Assembly (NCBI GenBank): GCA_038230375.1
Contig: JBBRNJ010000123.1
Coordinates: 1 to 18,005 of the forward strand
DNA length: 18,005 nucleotides
Direction: 5' to 3'
DNA from: Polyangiales bacterium
GTDB lineage: Bacteria > Myxococcota_A > Polyangia > Polyangiales > Polyangiaceae
Positions within the stretch are counted from its first letter, which is position 1. Every line of letters begins with the position of its first letter. A program made the position numbers and the translations under genes. This document shows positions 1 to 8,870 of the stretch, piece by piece. The notes beneath the pieces are model-generated. The model saw nothing but the letters and a program-made list of their open reading frames with translations, was not told the DNA's origin and made no database searches.

Positions 1-166
1 CACCTGCGAGCTGCCGGAAGGCACCAAGATGGTCATGCCCGGTGACAACATCACCATGACGATCTCCCTCATCACGCCGGTCGGTCTCGAAGAGCAGATG
101 CGCTTCGCGATCCGCGAGGGCGGCCGCACTGTCGGCGCCGGCATCGTCACCAAGGTTCTCGAGTAG
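1..166 (+). CDS. tuf: Elongation factor Tu, 3' end (partial)
   Basis: Frame from nt 2 reads [54 protein letters not shown], the EF-Tu C-terminus; TAG at 164-166. Confidence 0.98.
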   Translation, partial: TCELPEGTKMVMPGDNITMTISLITPVGLEEQMRFAIREGGRTVGAGIVTKVLE

Positions 167-204
167 TCACTGGCAGAAGCCACAAGGAACAAAGGAAACT
201 CAAT

Positions 205-522
<318 letters not shown>

Positions 523-542
523 GCGCGTAACGAGGTTTCATC

Positions 543-1193
543 ATGGCAAAGCTAGATGTATTCAATCTGAAGCGCGAGAAGGTCGGCTCCGTCGACCTCT
601 CGGACGAAGTCTTCGCAGCAGAGGTGAACGAACACCTCTTCTACGAGATCGTGAAGGCGCAGCTCGCGTCGCGTCGTCAAGGCACCGCAGCGGCGAAGAA
701 CCGCTCGGCCGTCAGCGGCAGCACGAAGAAGATGTACAAGCAGAAGGGCACGGGCAACGCCCGTCACGGCTCCAAGCGCGCGCCCGTCTACGTTGGCGGT
801 GGCCAGGCCCACCCGCCGCGTCCGCGTGACTGGGGTTATCGTCCGCCGCGGCAGATGCGCATCGCGGCGCTCGCCTCTGCGCTGTCGAAGTTCCAGAAGG
901 AAGGTCGCCTCGTCATCGTCGACGCATTCGCGCTCGCCGAGACGAAGACCAAGGGCCTTCTCGCGTCGCTCGCAACGCTGAAGGCGAACAAGAAGACGCT
1001 CGTCGTCGACGCAAGCTCGAACGACAAGCTTCGTCTCTCCATCCGCAACTGCCAGGAGCACCAGTTCCTGCCGCCGGAAGGCGTCAACGTGTACGACCTG
1101 CTTCGTCACGACACCCTGATTCTCTCGCAGGCAGCTGCGAAGGCGCTCGAGGCTCGTGTCCTCGGGACCAACAAGACTGTGAAGGAGGCCTGA
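543..1193 (+). CDS. rplD: 50S ribosomal protein L4 (uL4)
   Basis: [37 protein letters not shown] loop motif; GAGG RBS upstream. Confidence 0.98.
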   Translation: MAKLDVFNLKREKVGSVDLSDEVFAAEVNEHLFYEIVKAQLASRRQGTAAAKNRSAVSGSTKKMYKQKGTGNARHGSKRAPVYVGGGQAHPPRPRDWGYRPPRQMRIAALASALSKFQKEGRLVIVDAFALAETKTKGLLASLATLKANKKTLVVDASSNDKLRLSIRNCQEHQFLPPEGVNVYDLLRHDTLILSQAAAKALEARVLGTNKTVKEA

Positions 1194-1194
1194 A

Positions 1195-1494
1195 ATGCTC
1201 TCAGTTGAACAAGTCCTCCGTCGCCCCATCGCGCTCACCGAGAAGGCCAATCGCCTTCGCGAAGACGCGAACCAGGTGATCTTCGAGGTCTCGCGCGAAG
1301 CGAACAAGATTCAGATCAAGGAAGCCGTTCAGAAGCTCTTCAACGTCAAGGTGAAGTGCGTCAACACCCAGGTCTACCGCGGCAAGGATCGCCGCATGGG
1401 CCGGGGCTACGGCAAGATGCAGAACTGGAAGAAGGCGATCGTCACGCTCAAGGCTGGCGAGAACATCGACTTCTTCGCCGAGACGGAGAGCTGA
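1195..1494 (+). CDS. rplW: 50S ribosomal protein L23 (uL23)
   Basis: TEKA...[24 protein letters not shown]...WKKAIVTL; canonical position. Confidence 0.98.
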   Translation: MLSVEQVLRRPIALTEKANRLREDANQVIFEVSREANKIQIKEAVQKLFNVKVKCVNTQVYRGKDRRMGRGYGKMQNWKKAIVTLKAGENIDFFAETES

Positions 1495-1496
1495 TC

Positions 1497-2330
1497 ATGG
1501 GAATCAAATCCTACAAGCCGACTTCCCCAGCGCGGCGCTACTACACAGGCTCGGACTTCAAGGAGCTCACCAAGGGCAAGAAGGTCGAGAAGAAGCTGAC
1601 GGAGGGCCAGAGCCGGTCCGGCGGGCGCAATGCGCACGGCCGCATCACCTCGCGCTTCCGTGGCGGTGGTCACAAGCAGGCCTACCGCATCGTCGACTGG
1701 AAGCGTGACAAGGTCGGCGTGCCGGCCACGGTCGCCTCCATCGAGTACGATCCCAATCGCACGGCGCGCATCGCGCTCCTCAACTATGCGGACGGCGACA
1801 AGCGCTACATCCTGGCGCCCGACGGCCTCAAGAAGGGCGACAAGATCATCTCGTCGCGCAACGCCGACATCAAGCCCGGCAACAGCATGCCGCTGCGGTA
1901 CATCCCGCTCGGCACGCTCATCCACAACGTGGAGCTCAAGAAGGGCAAGGGCGGCCAGATGGTTCGCTCCGCAGGCGCCGGCGCTTCGCTCATGGCGAAG
2001 GACGGCGACTACGCCCAGGTTCGTCTCCCCTCCGGCGAAGTGCGCATGGTCCACCAGGACTGTCACGCGACGCTCGGTCAGGTGTCGAACATCGACCACC
2101 AGAACATCAGCCTCGGTAAGGCTGGTCGTACCCGGTGGCTCGGCAAGCGTCCGCACCAGCGCGGCGTCACGATGAACCCGGTCGACCACCCCATGGGCGG
2201 CGGCGAGGGTCGTACGTCTGGTGGCCGTCACCCATGCTCGCCGTGGGGACAGCTCGCCAAGGGACTCAAGACTCGTAACAACAAGCGCACCGACAACATG
2301 ATCGTCAAGCGCCGTGGGCAGAAGGGTTAA
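1497..2330 (+). CDS. rplB: 50S ribosomal protein L2 (uL2)
   Basis: True start is the ATG at 1497 ([14 protein letters not shown]); [13 protein letters not shown] and [17 protein letters not shown] motifs. Confidence 0.99.
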   Translation: MGIKSYKPTSPARRYYTGSDFKELTKGKKVEKKLTEGQSRSGGRNAHGRITSRFRGGGHKQAYRIVDWKRDKVGVPATVASIEYDPNRTARIALLNYADGDKRYILAPDGLKKGDKIISSRNADIKPGNSMPLRYIPLGTLIHNVELKKGKGGQMVRSAGAGASLMAKDGDYAQVRLPSGEVRMVHQDCHATLGQVSNIDHQNISLGKAGRTRWLGKRPHQRGVTMNPVDHPMGGGEGRTSGGRHPCSPWGQLAKGLKTRNNKRTDNMIVKRRGQKG

Positions 2331-2336
2331 TCGACA

Positions 2337-2651
2337 ATGCCTCGTTCAGTAAAGAAGGGCGCGTTCGTCGACGGCCACCTCGCGGAAAAAGTCGCGGCGG
2401 CGTCGGCAGCGCAGAGCAAGAAGGTCATCAAGACGTGGTCGCGCCGTAGCACGATCACGCCGGATGCCATCGGGCTCACGTTCGCGGTCCACAATGGCCG
2501 CAAGTTCGTTCCGGTGTTCGTCACGGAGAACATGGTCGGGCACAAGCTCGGCGAGTTCGCCCCGACGCGCACGTTCCACGGTCACTCTGGCGACAAAAAA
2601 GCCAAGGTCGGCCCAGGAGCAAAAGCCACCAACCCGCCCCCCGCCAAATAG
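2337..2651 (+). CDS. rpsS: 30S ribosomal protein S19 (uS19), with a short Pro/Ala/Lys-rich C-terminal tail
   Basis: MPRSVKKG...[10 protein letters not shown]...[18 protein letters not shown]. Confidence 0.99.
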   Translation: MPRSVKKGAFVDGHLAEKVAAASAAQSKKVIKTWSRRSTITPDAIGLTFAVHNGRKFVPVFVTENMVGHKLGEFAPTRTFHGHSGDKKAKVGPGAKATNPPPAK

Positions 2652-2655
2652 CGCC

Positions 2656-2717
2656 GCCTGGGACGCCGGACGCGCTTCGTGATCCCCGACGGGGGACATC
2701 CCGCCAGGCTTCGTTTT
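2656..2717 (+). terminator. Putative intrinsic terminator of the tuf-rpsS transcript
   Basis: GCCTGG (2656-2661) pairs with CCAGGC (2704-2709), enclosing a TCCCC/GGGGA hairpin, followed by TTCGTTTT; directly after the rpsS stop. Longer than a typical terminator. Confidence 0.4.
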
Positions 2718-2877
2718 GGACTGCGGTCCGTGCTCACCTACAAGAGTAAGGTACGCGCGGTGCTCGTCCAAAGCCTTGCCTGCCGGGCGCCTGCCGCCCC
2801 AACCGACGCTATTTGCACGTTGTTGTAGAGTGCACGGAACGCGCTTCCCTCGGGACGCGCGTCCTTTGCTTTTGTGG

Positions 2878-3442
2878 TCAGCGCAGGCAGCGATACTTCA
2901 GTGACGATGCTGTTGCCGCGGGGGCCATCGTGAGGGGCGTGCCGTTCTGGCCCGAGAAGCTCGCGGGTCCGCCTTTCACCAGGTTGGTCATGATGCCCGG
3001 AACTCCCATATCGGAGTCTGCGAACGTCGCTCCGTATTCCTGTCCTTCGACCGTGAAGTTGATGCCAGTGAAGCCGCCGCGGTCGAAGCTGACAAGGGGG
3101 CGCTCCAGCATGTCGGTGTCGACGCCGTAGAAGACGCGGCCGTTGACGATGAGGCGCTGCAGCGTCTGGCCCTGCGATTGGAACAGGCGGTAGTCGAAGC
3201 CGCTCTGGTCGTCGATCACGTAGAGCGTGCCGTCCCCAACGCAATGGGCGTGAGAGACGAGGTGAGTGGTTCGCACGAAAATAAGCCGCTCGGCGTCGCA
3301 TCGGCACCCGAGCCGCCGTCGTTGTCGCTTGTGCCACTCTCGCCGTCGCTGTCGCCGCTGTTGCCAGTTCCGGGGCCGTGGCACGCCAGAACGACGACTG
3401 CCAGCGAGACGGTCAGACCAAGCCAGCACGTTCAGAGCGCAC
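2878..3442 (-). pseudogene. Frameshifted lipoprotein gene
   Basis: One minus frame (3425 down to about 3235) gives WLGLTVSLAVVVLAC-HGPGTGNSGDSDGESG...LFSCEPLTSSLTPIALG (lipobox plus linker), stopping at 3216-3218. A second frame takes over at about 3235 (DGTLYVIDDQSGFDYRLFQS...LKYRCLR*). The probable GTG start (3442) is also out of frame. Confidence 0.65.
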
Positions 3443-3684
3443 CCCTCGAATTGTAGCGCCCGCCTCGATGGCCGTTCGCGATCTCAGGCGCGCGAAGTGA
3501 TCGCGGTCGCGTGATAACGGGCGTGGAAAGCTCTCAAAGCGAGGCACCGTTGTGATCGGTGATCCTTGTATACCGCACACAGTCTGCGCGGGGTGGGAGT
3601 CACCAACGCGTCTTTGGTGGTTTGATTGCTTCGCGCGCATGCTGTGTGGGCGCTAAGGACATGGGCCGCACAGAGGGAATCACC

Positions 3685-4395
3685 ATGAGTCTCAGCCACA
3701 AGTTCCGGATGGTCTCGTTTTCGACAGCTCTGGCCATCTTGCTGCTCGCATGCGGTGGGAAGATCGCGGTCGACATCACCGACGACGCCGGCACAGGCGG
3801 TGGTGGCTCGTCGGGCTCGGGCGGCGCGGCTGGCAGTGGCTCGGGCGCGGGTGGCTCTGGCGGAAGCGGCGGCACGACCAGCGCCGATGCGAGCGTTGGT
3901 ATCATCGGCGAGGACGGCGGCGTGCACCCCACGCCCAGCGGCGGCACCACGTGCGGTTCAGCGACATGCACCGCGGCGCAAGAGTGCTGCGCAGGGCAAC
4001 GCGGCCTCACCTGTGTCACCACGGGTTCGTGCAACACCGCGGTCCTCACCTGCGTGGGCTCGCTGGACTGCGTCGCGCCACAGGTCTGTTGCATCATGGC
4101 CAGCGGCGGCGGCGGTCCAGGTGGTGGCGGCGGCGGCGGCCCGCAGGCCTCTGCCGAATGCACGACGACCTGCGACACTGGCGGCGGTCCTGGCGGAGGC
4201 GGTCCTGGTGGCGGCGACAGCGCGCAGCTCTGCACGACGGATGCAGAATGCACGAATGGGTTCACTTGCCAGAAGATCTTCGGCGGCCTGAAGGCCTGCG
4301 CGCCCAAGGGCGGTGGTGGCGGCGGTGGTGGTGGTGGCGGTGGCGGTGGTGGCGGTGGTGGTGGCGGTGGTGGTGGTGGTGGCGGTGGCGGCTGA
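3685..4395 (+). CDS. Cys/Gly-rich lipoprotein with a terminal poly-Gly tail
   Basis: GAGGGA RBS, ATG 3685; signal peptide with lipobox LLLAC; Gly/Ser linker; CGSATC-x5-CC-type Cys-rich repeats; ends in 28 Gly. Confidence 0.85.
   Translation: MSLSHKFRMVSFSTALAILLLACGGKIAVDITDDAGTGGGGSSGSGGAAGSGSGAGGSGGSGGTTSADASVGIIGEDGGVHPTPSGGTTCGSATCTAAQECCAGQRGLTCVTTGSCNTAVLTCVGSLDCVAPQVCCIMASGGGGPGGGGGGGPQASAECTTTCDTGGGPGGGGPGGGDSAQLCTTDAECTNGFTCQKIFGGLKACAPKGGGGGGGGGGGGGGGGGGGGGGGGGGGG
4309..4392 (+). repeat. (GGY)28 trinucleotide repeat encoding poly-Gly
   Basis: Uninterrupted GGC/GGT codons from 4309 to the TGA at 4393. Confidence 0.95.
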
Positions 4396-4523
4396 ACGCT
4401 GCTGACGACGGCTCGATTGCGCGGGATTTGCGCAGGGTCCGCGCGGACTTTGCGCGGGGTCACTTTGATTGGCGCGCGAACATTTTCGTTCGCATGCTGG
4501 CTCTCACAGACGAGGTGAGAGTC

Positions 4524-4943
4524 ATGCAGGACATCACGGTTTCGTTTCCCGGTGGCAAGCGCGTCGATGCCCAGGTCGGTGCGTTCTCGCTCCAGACCGA
4601 TCAACCCCCTGAGCTCGGCGGCAGTGGCGGAGCGCCAGCGCCGTATGATCTCTTCCTCGCGTCGCTCGCAACGTGCGCCGGGATCTACGTGCTGGGCTTC
4701 TGCCAGGCGCGCAATCTGCGCACCGATGGGATCTCGCTGACGCAGCACGTGGTGTGGAACGCGGTCACGCACCTGCCCGCGTCGATCCGCATCGAGCTCA
4801 CGCTGCCCCCCGACTTTCCGGAGAAGTATCGGGCTGCGGTGGTTCGCGCTGCGGAAGGCTGCAAGGTGAAGAAGACGATGGCTGCGCCGCCATCGTTCGA
4901 GGTCGTGGCGAAGCCGGCTGCGTCGGTGGCTGCCGCTTCTTGA
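4524..4943 (+). CDS. OsmC family protein
   Basis: GAGGTG RBS, ATG 4524; TDQPPELGGSGGAPAPYDLFLASLATC and a second Cys in AAEGCKVKKT, the two-Cys OsmC/Ohr pattern. Confidence 0.9.
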   Translation: MQDITVSFPGGKRVDAQVGAFSLQTDQPPELGGSGGAPAPYDLFLASLATCAGIYVLGFCQARNLRTDGISLTQHVVWNAVTHLPASIRIELTLPPDFPEKYRAAVVRAAEGCKVKKTMAAPPSFEVVAKPAASVAAAS

Positions 4944-6483
4944 GGCGATGCAGCGGCACCATGGAGCGCTCCTCGTGCTCCTGCGGCGCGCCCCACATTT
5001 CTTCAACGCTCGGGCCGTCGTCCGTGTGGTGCTCGCGGAAGAAGAACGAGAACAGCTCGTGCGGCCACACGCGTCGGCCCATCTGCGTGTACCAGCGCAT
5101 CGCGTGACGTAGCTTCGGATCCGGATTGAACCACGTGCGGTAGATCGCGCGCGGGCGCGCCTGCAAGATGACCTCTGTGAGCTTCACCCACGCGAGCACC
5201 TGCCATGGACGCATATGCCGCGTGGCAAGCACCTGGTGCTTGTAGTCCCACAGCCTGCGGTCCTCCTGGATGACCGTGCGGTGCTTCGCGAGCCCGAAGA
5301 ACGGCGTCCACCGGTGCGGGGTGACGTAGAGCAGCTGCACCTGATCCGGATCGTAGGAGAGCAGCTGCTTGATGCCGCGCACATGGTCCGCCGGCGTGTC
5401 CTCCTCGAAGCCCACGACCCACGTCGCCATGGAGAGGATGCCGTGGACACGGAGCAAGCGAATCGCCTCGCGGTCCGTGGTGGTCGTGGAGCCCTTGCGG
5501 ATCAGCTCCAGTGTCTTTGCGTCCGTGGTCTCCATGCCCAGCAGGAACCGCGTGACGCCGGCCTTCTTGTAGAGGTGCAAGAGGTCTGCGTCGCGAACGA
5601 TGTCGCCGGCGCGCGTGGAGCCGACCAGCGTGATCTCGATGTTCTCTTCGATGATGGCCTCGCAGAGCTCCTTCCACTTCGAGCGTGACGACGTGGGGTT
5701 CTCGTCCGCGAAGTTGAACACCTGCACGCCATGCTCGCGATGCAGGCGCGCGATCTCCTGCGCGAGCTTTCGCGGGTCGCGGTGACGCCACGTGGTCCAG
5801 AAGCCGCGCTGCCCGCAGTAGTTGCACGGGTGCGGGCAGCCCCGCGAGAACTGGATGACCACGGCGCGCTGCCCTCCCCAGTAGCTGTAGCGCGCGTGAT
5901 CGATGAGCTCCCACCCCACGCGATACGCGTCCAGATCGGCGATCGTCGCGGCGGGCTCCGTGGCCACGATCTGGTCGTCACCAGCGACGTTCCGAGCGCT
6001 GCGATCACACCGCGCTCCGCGATCCCGGAACGCGATGCCGCGCACCTCGGCGAGCGGCCCGTGTGACGCGAGCGCGGACACCACCGCGAGCACCGTCGCC
6101 TCGCCCTCGCCGCGGACGATCACGTCGATCTGCGGCTCTTCGGCAAGCACGTCGCGCCAGTGGTACGTCGGGAACGGACCGCCGTACACGAACGTCGCGC
6201 GTGGCAGGAGCTCGCGCAGCGCGCGGGTCAGGCGCGCGACCGTCGGATGCGCAGACGTGGACCCCGAGTGACCCACCATCAGCACGTCCGGCGCGAGCGC
6301 CGTGATGCGTTGCAATATCTCGTCGTCGCGCAGATCCTCCAGATCCGCGTCCACCAGCTTCACCTCGTGCCCTGCGTCGATCAGCGGACCACCGATGGAG
6401 AGCAGTCCGAGCGGCGGCAAGTGATCGTCCGGGATCCGGCTGCCAATGGCGGTATGCGGCGGGTTCAGGAGCACGATGCGCAT
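4798..6483 (-). CDS. Cobalamin-binding radical SAM protein (BchE-like family)
   Basis: GGAGA RBS, ATG 6483; N-terminal B12-binding domain (LLNPPH...PPLGLLSI...YGGPFPT, VIVRGEGE); CxxxCxxC motif SRGCPHPCNYC; FNFADENPT. Confidence 0.92.
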   Translation of the reverse strand: MRIVLLNPPHTAIGSRIPDDHLPPLGLLSIGGPLIDAGHEVKLVDADLEDLRDDEILQRITALAPDVLMVGHSGSTSAHPTVARLTRALRELLPRATFVYGGPFPTYHWRDVLAEEPQIDVIVRGEGEATVLAVVSALASHGPLAEVRGIAFRDRGARCDRSARNVAGDDQIVATEPAATIADLDAYRVGWELIDHARYSYWGGQRAVVIQFSRGCPHPCNYCGQRGFWTTWRHRDPRKLAQEIARLHREHGVQVFNFADENPTSSRSKWKELCEAIIEENIEITLVGSTRAGDIVRDADLLHLYKKAGVTRFLLGMETTDAKTLELIRKGSTTTTDREAIRLLRVHGILSMATWVVGFEEDTPADHVRGIKQLLSYDPDQVQLLYVTPHRWTPFFGLAKHRTVIQEDRRLWDYKHQVLATRHMRPWQVLAWVKLTEVILQARPRAIYRTWFNPDPKLRHAMRWYTQMGRRVWPHELFSFFFREHHTDDGPSVEEMWGAPQEHEERSMVPLHRLKKRQPPTQPASPRPRTMAAQPSSSSPCSLPQREPPQPDTSPESRGAA

Positions 6484-6627
6484 GGTGAGGTCTCCGTGGG
6501 TTTCGCTTCCCCATCCTGACCCGCAGCGGACGCGCGCGATTCCGACGATCCCGCGAGCGGTCGCCGAACGGCACTGAGCGGTCCGTCTACGCATGCGTGC
6601 GCGGCCGCCTCCGCGTAGACTGCGTCC

Positions 6628-7017
6628 GTGAACATCCCCCTCCTCTGCATCCCCATCGCCTTCGGTCTCGTCTACGCGCCAAAGGTTGCGCTCTCGATCG
6701 CCATGGCGCGACAGCCAGAGGGCTACGACAACAAGCATCCGCGCGATCAGCAGGCCAAGCTCGTGGGCTGGGGCAAGCGCGCGGGCGCGGCGCACGCGAA
6801 CGGCTTCGAATCTTTCGCGCCGTTCGGCATCGGTGTGCTGATCGCGACCTCGACGGGGGCGCATCCCGCGACGGCGGCCCAGCTCGCGCTTGGATACATC
6901 GCAGCGCGCACGCTCTATCCGCTGATGTACCTGGCCAACATCGACAAGCTGCGGTCGCTCATCTGGGCCGCAGGCATCGCCGCGACGGTCGGGCTGATGC
7001 TGCTTCCGCTGCTCTGA
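6628..7017 (+). CDS. MAPEG family membrane protein
   Basis: GYDNKHPRDQQAKLVGWGKRAGAAHANGFESFAPF motif, ARTLYPLMYLA, hydrophobic helices; GTG start. Confidence 0.9.
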   Translation: MNIPLLCIPIAFGLVYAPKVALSIAMARQPEGYDNKHPRDQQAKLVGWGKRAGAAHANGFESFAPFGIGVLIATSTGAHPATAAQLALGYIAARTLYPLMYLANIDKLRSLIWAAGIAATVGLMLLPLL

Positions 7018-7044
7018 ACGTTTGTCAGAGGGACCTTCGGAGCG

Positions 7045-8721
7045 TCAGCGTGCGCGCTTCACGATGTAGGAAGAACGAACGTTGCCCTGCGGCTGCCCCG
7101 ACACGCGCTTGCCACCACCGAAGTCCACGTCACCGATGAAGTTGCCGGTGTAGAGCACGGCCTGAGAGGACTTCAGGAGGTCGATCGAGGACGCGGTGAA
7201 TACTGCGCTCGCGGTGGTGCTCGTTGCCGTGTACGCCCATCGTGCGGCGCCGGTTGTGCCGTTCAGCTTGGCGACGTCGGACGCGGTCTCGTGCAGTGTC
7301 TGATAGATCGGCGGGGGATCGCTGAGCGGAAGGCCGCCGAGCATGAGCCCGGATGCGCTGTGTGTGCCGATGACGATGACGTCGCCGCTGGCATCACCGA
7401 TCGCGCCAACACACCGATCGTCGAAGCCTCCGCCCCACGCGATTTGCCATAGTGTGCTGCTCGTCGTCGGGTCCACGCCCCACGCGACTGCATCGTGAGT
7501 GGACTGTGTCTGATCGGCGGATGTGAGGTCTCCCTTACCGGGATTCGCCTTTCCGGTGAACGCGCCGCAGAACACCAGGTTGCCGTTGGCCAGGACGGCG
7601 GGCACAGCCGAGACGAATCCGTTCGAGCTGGCGGTGGTGGAGCCCCAGCTCTTTTGCCAGCTGGTGACGTGGGGATTCGCGGAGTTCACGCGAAGCGCAA
7701 ACGCGTCGGCGTTGCCATTCGCGCTCTGGACCATCGGGGTCATCTGGGCGCCGGCCAACGCGTCGTCCTTCAGGCCGGTCGCCGCATAGGCGCCGCCGAT
7801 GATGACTGCGTCGTTCGCGTCACGAACGGCCGAGAGCGACAAGACGCCGCCGGCGGCCGTGGTGCTGCCATAGGAGCGGCCCCACAGCGCATTGCCGGAG
7901 CCGGTGTCCAGGTCGAGCACGAAGCCGTTGTTGTTGTTCACCACGGACGTGGCCATGTACGAGCCCGACGACATCTGCGCTCGCAGCTGGCCCTGTAACG
8001 TCCCTGCGACAAGGAGCTCGCCGCCACCCTTGGAGTGGGCGTCGATCGTGGAGAACAGGATCTGCACCGTGGACGCCGTGTCGAAGCCCACAGCCCATTT
8101 GGCGGCGCCATCGACTCCGCCAAGCTTGAAGACGGCCGTTGCGAGGCTGTTACTCGCGGGGTTCTGGACCACGTACGGCCCGATGGACATGGTGGGGCCG
8201 CCGAACTGCGCTCCGACGTACACGTCACCGGTGGCGTCCACGCTGACGCCGGCGATGTTGTCATAGGAGTTGCCCGAGTGGAACTGGCGCGCCCAGAGCA
8301 GGTTTGTTCCGCTCGGATCGAGCTTGTAGATCACGAGTTGTCCACCGCTGCCGCCGTCCACTGTGAAGGTCTGTCCACCGATCGTGACGGTGCCGAGGGA
8401 CGTGAGCGCAACGATGATGTTGCCCTTCGAGTCGAAGGCAGCCGCCTGACCGCCCAGCCCGTCGGGACCGAGCACGTCGAGGAGGTACGCTCCCGTGGGT
8501 GATGCGTCCACGCCGCCATCGCTGGTGCCCGCGTCGCTCCCTGGTCCCCCTCCATCGACACCCGGACCGCCGCTGTCTCCGGCGTTGGTCATGCCGTCGC
8601 TGCCGGAGCCTCCGTCGTTGCTGCCCGGGTCCACGAGCGTCGCATCGCCAACACATGCGACCACCGCCACCCCAGAGGCCAACGTTGTCGTGAGGAGCGC
8701 AGCGAGTGCCTTTTGATTCAT
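7045..8721 (-). CDS. Large lipoprotein with probable beta-propeller repeats
   Basis: ATG 8721 MNQKALAALLTTTLASGVAVVAC lipobox; DGG/DAG linker; repeated blades (AFDSKGNIIV, VDATGDVYVG, GDASGDVIVIG; KLDPSGTNLLWARQF). Confidence 0.85.
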   Translation of the reverse strand: MNQKALAALLTTTLASGVAVVACVGDATLVDPGSNDGGSGSDGMTNAGDSGGPGVDGGGPGSDAGTSDGGVDASPTGAYLLDVLGPDGLGGQAAAFDSKGNIIVALTSLGTVTIGGQTFTVDGGSGGQLVIYKLDPSGTNLLWARQFHSGNSYDNIAGVSVDATGDVYVGAQFGGPTMSIGPYVVQNPASNSLATAVFKLGGVDGAAKWAVGFDTASTVQILFSTIDAHSKGGGELLVAGTLQGQLRAQMSSGSYMATSVVNNNNGFVLDLDTGSGNALWGRSYGSTTAAGGVLSLSAVRDANDAVIIGGAYAATGLKDDALAGAQMTPMVQSANGNADAFALRVNSANPHVTSWQKSWGSTTASSNGFVSAVPAVLANGNLVFCGAFTGKANPGKGDLTSADQTQSTHDAVAWGVDPTTSSTLWQIAWGGGFDDRCVGAIGDASGDVIVIGTHSASGLMLGGLPLSDPPPIYQTLHETASDVAKLNGTTGAARWAYTATSTTASAVFTASSIDLLKSSQAVLYTGNFIGDVDFGGGKRVSGQPQGNVRSSYIVKRAR

Positions 8722-8870
8722 GTGTCTCAAGAGAGATACCAGCTGACAACGGCAACGCCACGCACCAATTGGATGACGCGACATGTGCGACATCTGCGCC
8801 TCACGAAATGCTCATGCCGCCTTCGCACCCGTCGCGACATAAGGCATGCGTGGCCGGTTGGAGGAACTCA

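Noticed and set aside
1356..1496. N-terminal extension of the 324-aa rplB ORF
   Set aside because: Overlaps rplW in another frame; uL2 similarity begins at ATG 1497.
4476..4493. GCGAAC-ATTTTC-GTTCGC palindrome upstream of osmC as a LexA box
   Set aside because: The spacer is 6 bp rather than the 4 bp of GAAC-N4-GTTC; it may be another operator but cannot be assigned.
3600..5006. 468-aa poly-Pro minus-strand ORF and the 397-aa Arg/Trp-rich plus ORF
   Set aside because: Shadow frames of the Gly-rich lipoprotein; only 4524-4943 (OsmC) of the latter is real.
6484..6864. N-terminal extension of the 688-aa radical SAM ORF
   Set aside because: Antisense to MAPEG; the RBS and domain start fit ATG 6483.
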